Below, one piece after another: positions 21,283-31,391 of a DNA stretch of 64,000 nucleotides. The translations under genes and the position numbers were made by a program. A model generated the notes under the pieces. The model was not told the origin of the DNA, ran no database searches, and saw only the letters and a program-made list of their open reading frames with translations. Position 1 is the stretch's first letter; every line of letters begins with the position of its first letter. This stretch comes from an uncultured delta proteobacterium (GTDB lineage Bacteria > Desulfobacterota > Zymogenia > Zymogenales > Zymogenaceae), in contig CAWBYW010000009.1 in the NCBI GenBank assembly GCA_963792965.1, positions 64,001-128,000 on the forward strand. Direction: 5' to 3'.

Positions 21283-22389
21283 TCAATGGCGCACGTCGAC
21301 GATCATCCCCGTTTTCACGTACGGCATCAGCCTCTCGAGGTCCTCATTTCTCATCCTGATACACCCCTCGGAGGCGGGCCCGCCGAGCTTTTCGGGCTCG
21401 TCGGTCCCATGTATGCCGATCCCCGACCACGGGGGAGTGGAAAGACTGATAAACCACGGCCCGTACGCGGGCCTTCCCTCGAAGATCCAGTCGGAGCTGT
21501 CATCAACAGACGAAACGGTGAAAGATCCCTCGGGCGTCCGGTTGTCACCGGCCTCTTTCTTGTCGGCCAGGTCCGGGTTCTTTCCGATCGAGACCGGATA
21601 GCGGGCAAGTAAGGTTCCCGCCAGATCGTAGACGGATAGCGTAAAGTCGGTCTTGCTAACGACGATCCTGACCTGAGGAATATGGACGCCCTCCGTCAAT
21701 CCGAGACGCTTCCTTGTGTTCTGATCAAACTCGAGCCCGAGCACCACCACGATATCTTTGAGCGAATCGACCGGCTCCATGGCGCCCGTACCCACCGCGG
21801 AAAAGACTTGTTTGGCCGGCCCCTCGAGGGACGGAGGGTAATAGGTTATGGTCTCGTAATAGTAGCGGTCGGCGTTGTCCGACGTATAGAACGCGTACTT
21901 CTTCGTGAGCCTCTGGTTGATCTTTATGGTCATCTCCTTTGCCAGTCCCTTCACGTTCGTGGCATTGAGGATGAGAATCACGGGCTCAATCTTGAGGGTC
22001 GGAAACGCGCCGACGATCGAATCCATGCCAAGGATGACCTGGATTCCGCCCGGGGCCAGTTCCTGCTGCGCGATGAGTTCACCGACCCCGATGATCTCTT
22101 TGATCTTCTTGGCCTGTTTCTCGTCGGAGGGGTTGTAGACGATTTCCGTGGTGACCTTATAATTGGAGAGATTCTTCGGCTCCCCGACGATATACTCGTT
22201 TTCCACGAGCTTCTTATTGATCTCTCGGGCAAGCCCCATCACGCCGACTTTTGTGCAGTACGCGTTGCACCCGTTGTAGATATTAACAATGGGTTTGGCC
22301 TTCCCGGGGAAAATTGAAGAGCCGCACCCCACTGTCGTCAAGAGGCAGATCGTCCCGGCGAGAAGGATCGCCGTCCATTTTTTCGGCAT
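21283..22389 (-). CDS. Lipoprotein with two LytR_C-like domains and a C-terminal YkuD L,D-transpeptidase
   Basis: Lipobox TVGC; two repeats of (V/I)xxxN...GLA...(I)xVxLG; YkuD motif GIGIHGT...ASEGCIRM. Confidence 0.8.
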   Translation of the reverse strand: MPKKWTAILLAGTICLLTTVGCGSSIFPGKAKPIVNIYNGCNAYCTKVGVMGLAREINKKLVENEYIVGEPKNLSNYKVTTEIVYNPSDEKQAKKIKEIIGVGELIAQQELAPGGIQVILGMDSIVGAFPTLKIEPVILILNATNVKGLAKEMTIKINQRLTKKYAFYTSDNADRYYYETITYYPPSLEGPAKQVFSAVGTGAMEPVDSLKDIVVVLGLEFDQNTRKRLGLTEGVHIPQVRIVVSKTDFTLSVYDLAGTLLARYPVSIGKNPDLADKKEAGDNRTPEGSFTVSSVDDSSDWIFEGRPAYGPWFISLSTPPWSGIGIHGTDEPEKLGGPASEGCIRMRNEDLERLMPYVKTGMIVDVRH

Positions 22390-22689
22390 GAAGAAAACCT
22401 CCGGAAGTGGTGCTGACCGACCAATATATAACTAATTGATTATACTGGAGCGATCCGGGTGATGTCAATAAAAACCGCCGCCCCGACCGAGCGAATATCA
22501 TACTATTTGAGTTCGGTCGGGGAACCGACGCAGTCGATCTCACGTGCCTCAGACCCCGCGCACCCATCGGGCCGGCCGCTTGCCCTCGACGCCCCGACCG
22601 GATCGAGCTCCCGTTGTGTCGAAATAAATAGTTTTACAAAGCAACTCCTTTCGGGTATAATTTCGTTGGTCTTTAGATATCGGCGGACT

Positions 22690-23286
22690 ATGAGAATTAA
22701 CTGGAACCAGAAAGAGATGATCATGAAGATCGTCTATTTTGGACCCAGCCTTGGGGGGAAGACGACCAGCCTCCGCTACGTCCATTCGCAGCTGGCGCCT
22801 CAGGTAAGGGGCCAGTTCATGTCCGTCAATACGATGGAGGATCGCACCCTCTTTTTCGATTTCTTCGACCTTTCGATGAATGCCCAGGTCGGCGGGGGGA
22901 GGGTCAAGGTCCGCTTTGAGCTTTATACCGTGCCGGGCCAGGTGAAATACGAGGAAACGCGGCGGATTGTCATGAAGGGGGCCGACGGTGTCGTCTTCGT
23001 GGCCGACTCACAGAAAAGCAAAATGCCCGAAAACCTCTTCTCGCGCGCGGACCTCGATGAGATCCTTGTCGCCTATAACCAGGACCCCGAGACCTTTCCC
23101 ACCGTCATGCAGTACAACAAGAGGGACCTGGCCAACATCTCCTCGATAGAGGAGATGGCCGGCGCACTGAACCCCCGCAGCAGCTCGGAGTTCGCATCGG
23201 TCGCCATCACGGGCCGGCAGGTCATGGAGGCCCTCAAGGGAATATCGGCCGAGGTGATCAAAACCAACAAGAATAGATATTTATGA
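22690..23286 (+). CDS. mglA: MglA-family small Ras-like GTPase
   Basis: KIVYFGPSLGGKTT (G1), EDRTLFFDF (G2), YTVPGQV (G3), QYNKRD (G4); start MRINW at 22690. Confidence 0.85.
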   Translation: MRINWNQKEMIMKIVYFGPSLGGKTTSLRYVHSQLAPQVRGQFMSVNTMEDRTLFFDFFDLSMNAQVGGGRVKVRFELYTVPGQVKYEETRRIVMKGADGVVFVADSQKSKMPENLFSRADLDEILVAYNQDPETFPTVMQYNKRDLANISSIEEMAGALNPRSSSEFASVAITGRQVMEALKGISAEVIKTNKNRYL

Positions 23287-23320
23287 GCACCCGCCGCGAG
23301 TCGGCGGGCTCTCTCGGCAA

Positions 23321-23353
23321 CGAAAAAGGGGGACTATCGGTCCCCCTTTTTCG
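23321..23353. terminator. Bidirectional intrinsic terminator
   Basis: CGAAAAAGGGGGAC-TATCG-GTCCCCCTTTTTCG perfect inverted repeat between convergent genes. Confidence 0.8.
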
Positions 23354-23366
23354 TTGCCCGGAATCT

Positions 23367-24415
23367 TTATCGCTTCAGGTAGATGAACTTCGCATTGGGT
23401 CTGCCCACATAGCAGACTTTCGTGAACCCATAGTACTTGATGATATCATAGGACCTCTTGGCATTGTCATAGTTCTGGTTGAAGTCAAAAATCCAATGAC
23501 TCCCGTCCACGATCTTCCAGCTGCCCGACACGTATTTGACCTCGATGGTGTTGGGGTCAAACGAGACGCAGTCCTCCCCCCCACGTCGCCCGACGGCGCG
23601 GCGCCCGCGACCAGCCAGTATTCAAAGGGTGCGTTAGGCCGCCCCACAAAGCAGTGGCTGTCCATCCGATAGTATTTGATGATATCCAGCGACCTCTTGG
23701 CGTCAATGATGTTAAACCCGAAATCGAGCAGCCAGTGGCTGCCGTCGACGATCTTGAAACCTCCATTGACAAACGTGACGGTGAGGTTATCTACATTAAA
23801 GCCAATACAGTCCTCCGCAGGTTTCGTGGGGACAACGGGCGGAAGGATCGGTCCTATGGGCGTGATCGGCCCTATGGGAGTTATCGGCGTGAACACGGCG
23901 GTCTTCTTGAAGTAGGTCATCGAAGGGCTGGGCCTGCCGACGTAACAGATCTCGGAAAAGCCGTACTTCTTGATGATGTTAAAGGCCTCGTTTGCCTCGG
24001 CCTGGCTTTGCCCGAAATCGAGGAGCCAGTTACTTCCGTCGACGATCTTCCAGTTCCCGCCGACGTACGTGACCTGGATGGTGGCCGGGTTAAAGGAGAT
24101 GCAGTCCTCTCCGGGGATGCTCCCCATCGGGGCCGCCCCGCTCGCGAGCCAGTATTCCATGGAAGGATTAGGTCTGCCGACAAAACACTGGCTGTTGAGC
24201 CGGTAGTGCTGGATGATCTGGAGCGCTTTATACGCCTCGTCCTTATTGTTGCCGAAATCAAGGAGCCACATTGACCCGTCGACGACTTTATAGCTGCCGT
24301 TGAACAGGCCGACCTTGCAGTTGTCGGGGTTAAACGGGATACAATCCTCGGCCGCCGACAGCACAAAGGGCAGCGAGAGCAGGAGCATCACCATGATAAA
24401 GATGATTTTTTTCAT
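23367..24415 (-). CDS. Secreted protein of four ~75-aa Cys-containing repeats (frameshift in the C-run near 23580)
   Basis: Signal peptide MKKIIFIMV...; repeats EDCIxFN...KIVDGS(H/N/M)WLLDFG...II..Y...C(F/Y)VGRP. The fourth repeat (EDCVSFDPN...VCYVGRPNAKFIYLKR*) is read after the frameshift and stops at 23367. Confidence 0.75.
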
Positions 24416-24889
24416 AGTTCCTCCATACCAATAATAGGCGGTTTGTTTTAGATACATAGGATAACATTGCATGAGGGTCCTTTTCAATAGAAATCCCCGT
24501 GCTGTGGACGGCGACCCGCACCCGCTACGGGACCCTCGCCGATACCCTCAGACCCTGTTGTCACTATATCGCGTATCCCCCATGTTGCCTTGCGCTCGGT
24601 CACATTATCGGCAAAATTGCGTCCGCGGCGCGCTACGGGCACGCCAAACCCACGAGCCTCAAGAGGGTAATATTCACTGAAATGAATAGACATAAGATAA
24701 GATATGTATAAGATCAAAAATATTATATTGTATATTAGTAAAATTCTTTAGCACTAGGATTTTTTTCTGGTATAATATCTAACACACCAAAGCACGTGAA
24801 CTCTTTTTCTCGCTCAAGAACCACTCCGGGAAACCGGCAAGCGGGGTCCCCGTTTTACAAAATGAATCGGCCGTTTAAAGGACTCCCAT

Positions 24890-26927
24890 ATGGGTGAAAG
24901 ACCGATACAGGTTTTACTCATAGAAGACAATTCCTTTGACGTACAAGTCATACAGGACCTCCTTTCGCGCATCGACGGAAATCCATTCGAGCTGACCTCT
25001 TGCGGATGTCTGACCGACGGCATCGACGCCTTGATAAAAGATGGGCCGGATGTCCTTCTGCTTGACCTTAATCTTCCGGAGAGTAAAGGGCTCACCTCTC
25101 TCAACACGATCCTCTCCCTCAAGGCTCGGATACCCATTGTGATCGTCTCCGCCGACGGGGACCAGCGCATCGCCTTTGAAGCGGTAAAGCTTGGCGCCCA
25201 GGACTACCTCGTCAAGGGCCAGCTCTCCGATCATATCATTTCCCGCTCCATTCGCTACGCGATAGAGCGAAACCGCATCGAGGAAGAGCTCAAAAAGGCA
25301 CGCGAAGAGCTGGAGCAGAGGGTAATCGAGCGCACGGCCGAGCTGGCGCGGGTAAACGAGGAGCTGAAAAGGGAGATCATCGAGAGGAAACACGCGGAAG
25401 CGGTCCTCCGAGAATCCGAGGAAAAGTGGAGGAATCTCTTCGAGAACTCAATCGAGGCCGTCTTTACACTGGATCTCGAGGGGAGGATCACATCGGTGAA
25501 CGAGGCCGTGTTAACCCTCACGGGATATACCCGGGAGGAACTGATCGGGAAAGGCATACTCGACTTCATGAAGCACGACGCGGAGCACCAGCTCAATGAG
25601 CCGTTCACGCATCTTTTGAGGACCGGCCAGCCCCTTGTTAACCTTAACTACACACTGCTCACTAAAATCCGGCGACGAGCGGATCGTCGAGGGATATATC
25701 AACATCATCAGGAAAGAAAACAAGGCAAACGGTTTCCAGGGAACGCTGCGCGATATTACCGACAAGAAGAGGCTCGAGGCCCAGATCCTCCAGACCCAGA
25801 AGATGGAAGCTGTTGCCTCCCTGGCCGGGGGGATGGCGCACAATTTCAACAACATTCTCGTGGGGATCATGGGGTATGCCGAATATCTCCTGGCCAAGAA
25901 GGATAAAGAAGATCCCGACTACAAGGCCCTCACGACAATCTACGAGGGAACCGTCAGGGCCTCCGAATTGACCCGCCAGCTGTTGAACACCGCGCGGGCG
26001 GGAGAATATTATCCGCAAGAGATCAATCTCAACGACATCATCAAAAAGCTCCTTCCCCTGATACAAGGGACCTTCGACAAATCCATTGAGATCAAAACGG
26101 ACCTTGCCGCCAACCTCGCCCCGATCGAGGGAGACGCGGGTCAGCTGGAGCAGTCGCTGCTGAACCTTGCCATCAACGCGCGGGACGCGATGTCGTCCGA
26201 CGGGGTGCTCACGTTCAAGACGAAGAACCAGCATTTAGACGAGCGTTTTGTGAAAAACCACCTGGATGCCGGGGAGGGAGACTACGTGCTGTTGTCGGTC
26301 TCAGACACGGGCCACGGCATCTCACCACAGATACAGGGACGAATATTCGAGCCCTTCTTCACCACCAAGGAAGACAAGGGCGGCACCGGCATGGGGCTCT
26401 GTTCGGTCTACGGCATCGTCAAGAACCACAAGGGATTGATAACCGTCGCAAGTGACGTCGGGAAGGGAGCGACGTTTACCCTCTACTTCCCGACCGGCAG
26501 TGAGAAGGTTGAAGAAACGCAGTGGCCCGTGCTCAAAAAGAGGAAAGGCAAGAAAAATGAATTGATACTTCTTATCGATGACGAGCCGGTTGTGCGGGAA
26601 ATGTGGGGTGATTTCCTCAACACCCTCGGATACCGGGTCATCACGGCCCGGGACGGGAAGGAAGGCATCGGGGTGTTCGAGCAGAACCGAGACCAGATCG
26701 ATCTGGTGATTCTCGATCTGATCATGCCTCGTCTTGGCGGAAAGGAGACCCTCATCAGGATCAAGGAGATCAACCCTGACATAAAAGTGATCATCACCTC
26801 GGGGTACACCGAGTATGAAAAGATGAGGGAAATGCTCGGGAAAAAGACTGTCGGGTTTATACCCAAGCCTTCGCAGCTGGCGGAGATATCGCTGAAGATA
26901 CAGGAAGTCCTGCATAAGAAAGGGTGA
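24890..26927 (+). CDS. Hybrid sensor histidine kinase REC-PAS-HisKA-HATPase-REC (frameshift near 25670)
   Basis: N-terminal receiver (VLLIED, LLDLNLP), PAS, H-box AHNFNNIL, NARDAM, FFTTK...GTGMGL and C-terminal receiver (ILDLIMP). Confidence 0.9.
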
Positions 26928-27003
26928 CGAGCCGGAAGGCCCGCCACCCCTCATTGAGAAAACCGTTTGTCAGTTCAGCACTCGCCAGTCAATTCTCGCT
27001 GGC

Positions 27004-28473
27004 TCACTCTTTCGGCCGCATGTCCACAACCCGTGTCGCTTTGAGGGCGGTCGTCGGATCGAAGATCTCGGAAGGCGGCACGAAGGCTACTTCCGGGCGC
27101 ATCTCCACGGTCTGGCGTGCCGCCTCGATAACCTCCGCCGCCACCGCCTTCTCGTCCCGGTCGGGATTTCCGATCTTAATGAGGAGCAGATCCATTGAGT
27201 AGGGATCGTTGGGATCCTCCTTCGTGAAGACAATCTGATACTCGGTGACCCCCTTGATGTTCGCGATGGCGTCCCTGAGCGTCTCCGGGTTTATGAGGGT
27301 CCCCTTGAGCTTGACCAGCTCCGAGGTCCGCGTGCCGTAGGTCGACCCGACGGCGGTGATCAGCCGAGCCGAAAGTCTCCCGCAGTGGGGGCACGGCTCG
27401 TGCGTCATCGCGACAATATCACCCAAGACGTATCTCAGCAGCACGGTCCCCCGCCGGTCGAGATGAGTAACGGCAAGGAGGCCGGTCTTGCCGTCCTCGA
27501 CGCGCTTTCCGGTCGTCTCGTCCACTACCTCCAGGAAATAGTAGTAGTCGTCGGTCACATGGTTTCCCCCGAACTCGACGCACTCCTGGAGCGACGTCTG
27601 GAGCTCGGTCGCCCCAAATCCGTTGCCGATATAGACGTCTCCCGCGCCCATGTTCTGAAGCCGCCGCCGCATATCGTCACGCATCCCCTTGGGCACCGCC
27701 TCACCGAGCGCGCCCACGGACCGCACGGCACTGTAGTCTTTTTTCTGTTTTTCCGCCTCGACGATGACCCTCCTGATATAGCTGCCAATCCCCGATAGGA
27801 GTGTCACACGCTTAATCTCGATATCATCAATGACGTCCTGGATGCTGCGGTGAATGGGCGGCTCCATCCCCGGATAGGGAGAGCCGGTAAACCCCCAGCA
27901 CATCGAGCAACCGATGGTCGCCGAATAATGGAGGGTCTTGTAGTAGCCGAGGTGCGGGATGAAGTGGAAGGGGAACACATTCATGACCATATCACACGGC
28001 TCGATGCAGCCGATGGCACACCCCCGGATAAACTGGATCGCTTCTCGAAACATGTCGTAGGTCGTGTTGTAGAAACGAGAGGGGAGCCCGGTTGTAGTGC
28101 CGGTGGTGTAGTTGATTTCATAGGGGATCCACTCGAGCCCCGGCGCGGGTGGCGTCAGCACAAACCGCATCCCCCTGTCCACCATGTAATCCTTCTTGAA
28201 GGTAAGGGGGATCTTCTCCAGATCCTCCATCCCCTTGATGTCGCCCGGCGCGATGCCGTGCGTCTTGAAAAACTCCGTGTAAAAGGGCGAGTATTTATGG
28301 AGGAGGTCGATCTGGTTTTTTAACAGCTCGCCCTGCTTTGCCGTCACCTCGTCGCGGGACTTCCAGGCCGGGTCGGTATCCGCGTCCTTGGCATAGACCG
28401 GCCATTTGCGCACAAAGGCCTTATGCTCGGCGGGTGTCGACGGCCGCTTCGTGTAGGGTTTGATCTTTGCCAT
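27004..28473 (-). CDS. Phenylacetate-CoA ligase (PaaK)-like adenylate-forming enzyme
   Basis: LEKIPLTFK, TTGTTTG P-loop, FGATE, LRYVLGD and KLKGTLINP. Confidence 0.8.
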   Translation of the reverse strand: MAKIKPYTKRPSTPAEHKAFVRKWPVYAKDADTDPAWKSRDEVTAKQGELLKNQIDLLHKYSPFYTEFFKTHGIAPGDIKGMEDLEKIPLTFKKDYMVDRGMRFVLTPPAPGLEWIPYEINYTTGTTTGLPSRFYNTTYDMFREAIQFIRGCAIGCIEPCDMVMNVFPFHFIPHLGYYKTLHYSATIGCSMCWGFTGSPYPGMEPPIHRSIQDVIDDIEIKRVTLLSGIGSYIRRVIVEAEKQKKDYSAVRSVGALGEAVPKGMRDDMRRRLQNMGAGDVYIGNGFGATELQTSLQECVEFGGNHVTDDYYYFLEVVDETTGKRVEDGKTGLLAVTHLDRRGTVLLRYVLGDIVAMTHEPCPHCGRLSARLITAVGSTYGTRTSELVKLKGTLINPETLRDAIANIKGVTEYQIVFTKEDPNDPYSMDLLLIKIGNPDRDEKAVAAEVIEAARQTVEMRPEVAFVPPSEIFDPTTALKATRVVDMRPKE

Positions 28474-28580
28474 AGAGCAACTCACTAAATATATGATTTA
28501 TACTATATACGGATAGCCTGCGATCACCTCTTCTTCTTTCCGGCAGTCCCCTAAGAAATCGTGGATTCCTTGGGGCGCTA

Positions 28581-28802
28581 TTATCCTCCCGTCAGCAGCG
28601 TCACCAGCTTTACCTCGTCCCCATCAACGAGCGCCTGATCCAGGTCCCGCTTCTTCCCATTGACGTAGGAGGCCATTTTGAGCTCCCGCGGGATCTTGAG
28701 CACAAGGATGAGCTCGCGGGAGGTCGTCCCTTCCTTCACATCCAGGTTTTCCCCCTGAGCATATTTCTTGATCAGCCCGATGGGTACAACCGTTATCTTC
28801 AC
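28581..28802 (-). CDS. MoaD/ThiS sulfur-carrier protein
   Basis: 73 aa; ubiquitin-like, ending in GG; adjacent to the AOR gene. Confidence 0.85.
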   Translation of the reverse strand: MKITVVPIGLIKKYAQGENLDVKEGTTSRELILVLKIPRELKMASYVNGKKRDLDQALVDGDEVKLVTLLTGG

Positions 28803-28811
28803 GTGTCCACC

Positions 28812-30680
28812 CTACCAGACCGCCTGTGCCTCATCATTCATGCCGTACTCGGCCAGCGTGTCCTTTGTCGGGATCCCTTTTTCCGGGTCGATTCCGGCCA
28901 GCCCGTAAAATTTCTCCTTCATGCCGGCAAGGTCCATCTGGACTCCCTCGGGCTCTCCATCACGGGCGGGCTCGAGCATGCGCGGGGTCAGGTCGTCGTC
29001 GGCCGCGGTCCTGCCGAAGCGGAAGTTGATAAGTCGCTTGAGGTAAAAGACCCGGCGTCCGGCCCGGAGCATCTCGGTGGCGTCCCACCCGTAGCCGGGG
29101 ACCGTGTTGAAGAGGTCTACCCACTGGGGAATCTTCATCTCCCGATCGGCGAATTGACACCAGCAGGCGCTGTTCTCGATGCTCCCGATCTCCCACGCCG
29201 TGACGGTGGATTCGGCCTTATACTGATCGGTCTTCGGCTCCAGCTCATACTCGAAACCGATCTCCGGCCAGTAGCAGGCACCCATCTCCATGAAGAGCAT
29301 CGGCGTGGCGACATGACACGCCCCCCGGGGACTCGTGGCGTAGGTAAGGGCCAGGCCGTGCCCCCCCCCGCGGGGGTCGTGCATAGGCGCCTCCATTCCC
29401 TTGCTGTGGCACGTGTAGTCGATTGAGCCCTTCCCTATCTTCTTTGCCGCGTTCACGCTCCCCTCCGCCAGGAGCTGCCCCAGCTTTCCCGTCCGCAGAG
29501 CGATGGCGGGGACAATCGTGTTGATGACCGTCTCCAGGTCCGCCCAGTGGATCTCGATTCCGTCCGTGTCGTCCTTGCCGAGGTGTCCTTTTTCGAACGC
29601 CTCCATCGCCCAGGCGATCGTCATGCCGCAGGAAATGGTGTCGACCCCGAGGTTGTTGCACACACGGTTGACCTTGACCGTCGCGGCAAGGTCCGCAGAG
29701 TTCATCAGAGACCCGAAGGCGGCGATCGTCTCGTACTCCGGCCCGGGCCCCTCCGGCGTCGCATACGGCCCCTCCTTGACCTCGGCGACCCGTTTACAGG
29801 CCACTCCGCAGAAGGCGCACGAAGTCGTCTTTGTCAGGTACCGGTCGGTCAGCTCCGAGCCGGTCAGCGCCGACCCCATCTCCTCGTTGAAATTCGAGGT
29901 GAAGTTCTTGATCGGGAGGTCGCCGCCGTACATTCCGCCCTCGAGGTTGGCGGCGGTGCCGTTCTCGTGGAGCACCACGGCGGCCAGCGCCTCCTTTAAA
30001 GCGGGGTTGACCTCCTTTCGGAGTTTTTCGTATGCCGCGGGATCGGCGAAGCTCATTTCCTTTTTGGTTGCCTTTACGACGATCCCCTTGAGGTTCTTGG
30101 AGCCCATCACCGCGCCGAAGCCGGCGCGCCCGAACGCATGGTGAGCCTCGTTCATGATGTTGGCATACTTCACGAGATTTTCACCCGCGGGGCCGATGAG
30201 GACGGTGCGGTAGTCTTTCCCGTGCTTTTGTTTCAGTTCGCTGTTGACTTCCTCGATTCCCTTGCCCCAGTACGGGGCGGCATCAGTGATCTCGACCTTA
30301 TCATCCTGGATCATCAGAAGGGAGGGTTTGGCCGCTTTCCCGGTGATGATGATCCCGTCATACCCCGCGTATCTGAGCTCCGGGGCGAAGTACCCGCCGC
30401 AGGATGAATCACCCCACGAACCGGTCAGGGGAGAGCGCCCGGCGACGCTGTTGCGGCTGGCGCCCGACATCCTGATGCCCGCAAACGGCCCGTTCATGAA
30501 GATGAGCATCGCCTCCGGAGAGAGGGGGTCGGCCGTAAAGCTTCCCCGTTCCCAGAAGATCTTCGCCGCAAGCCCGCTGCCCCCGATGTATTTCTTGTAG
30601 TCCTCCTCGGGCAGTGTCTTTATTTCGATGCTGCCGGCGGTGAGATCAACCTCGATGATTTTTCCCGTATTTCCAAACAT
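28812..30680 (-). CDS. aor: Aldehyde:ferredoxin oxidoreductase (W/Mo-pterin AOR family)
   Basis: SPLTG, GPAGENLV, GRAGFGAVMGSKNLK, CAFCGVAC, GPEYET, DTIS and RGACH. Confidence 0.93.
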   Translation of the reverse strand: MFGNTGKIIEVDLTAGSIEIKTLPEEDYKKYIGGSGLAAKIFWERGSFTADPLSPEAMLIFMNGPFAGIRMSGASRNSVAGRSPLTGSWGDSSCGGYFAPELRYAGYDGIIITGKAAKPSLLMIQDDKVEITDAAPYWGKGIEEVNSELKQKHGKDYRTVLIGPAGENLVKYANIMNEAHHAFGRAGFGAVMGSKNLKGIVVKATKKEMSFADPAAYEKLRKEVNPALKEALAAVVLHENGTAANLEGGMYGGDLPIKNFTSNFNEEMGSALTGSELTDRYLTKTTSCAFCGVACKRVAEVKEGPYATPEGPGPEYETIAAFGSLMNSADLAATVKVNRVCNNLGVDTISCGMTIAWAMEAFEKGHLGKDDTDGIEIHWADLETVINTIVPAIALRTGKLGQLLAEGSVNAAKKIGKGSIDYTCHSKGMEAPMHDPRGGGHGLALTYATSPRGACHVATPMLFMEMGACYWPEIGFEYELEPKTDQYKAESTVTAWEIGSIENSACWCQFADREMKIPQWVDLFNTVPGYGWDATEMLRAGRRVFYLKRLINFRFGRTAADDDLTPRMLEPARDGEPEGVQMDLAGMKEKFYGLAGIDPEKGIPTKDTLAEYGMNDEAQAVW

Positions 30681-30859
30681 GGTGTCCCCCTTCTTGAGGT
30701 GAGCAAAAGACGGGCGATTCCGGGGATGCGGCTCCGATGCAGCACGACACGCGGCCGATTGATAAGCCCCCGTTCGGGACCTGCGTGCGCGGTACGGCGC
30801 CGGCCGGTCGGATATCGCCCATCTCTCTGAGAGAGGCGGAAAAAAGTCCTATGGCGACC

Positions 30860-31279
30860 CTACTTGATGATCTTGCTTGCCTGGCCCGTCTCCTGGAGGA
30901 CCTGGTTATAGTACTCGGCGACCTTCTTGAGCTTGGGCGCCAGCTTCAACAGCCCCGTCGCCGACCCCTTCACCTTGATCTTGCCGCGGGTGATGGCCAT
31001 GACCGGGTTGAGTTTGTTGGACCAGGAGCGGTGGGCGTCGTCAGCGGAGAGCGTCATGACGAGATCCGGTTTGTCGGTCGGCTTGCCGGCTCCAGCCATG
31101 ACCTTTCCCCCCCGGGTGTCCCAATACCAGGCGCAATTGGGGCCGTCCTGGGTATAGTCAAAGAGGATGAGCTGGTTGACTTTCTTGAGCCCTGCGCCGA
31201 GATCGGGGTCTTTAATGCATTTGTCAAACATCTTCAGAAAGGTATCGATCGGTTCCTTTTCGTCTTTCCAGAATTCCAT
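30860..31279 (-). CDS. SCP2 sterol/lipid-binding domain protein
   Basis: PDLVMTLSADD...LNPVMAITRGKIKVKG is the SCP2 signature; GGAGG RBS upstream of 31279. Confidence 0.85.
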   Translation of the reverse strand: MEFWKDEKEPIDTFLKMFDKCIKDPDLGAGLKKVNQLILFDYTQDGPNCAWYWDTRGGKVMAGAGKPTDKPDLVMTLSADDAHRSWSNKLNPVMAITRGKIKVKGSATGLLKLAPKLKKVAEYYNQVLQETGQASKIIK

Positions 31280-31391
31280 CGTATCCTCCACAATGAACGG
31301 TTAATTATATAGTACCAAAAAATTCTCTCTTTTCATCGGCTGCCCTCATGCTCAGGCGCCCACGGCGCGGCAGACATTCGACGGCCGGGAC

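Noticed and set aside
23845-23895. Short tandem DNA repeats (GATCGG.CCTATGGG)
   Set aside because: They encode the PITPIG linker of the repeat protein; not a CRISPR array or an independent repeat element.
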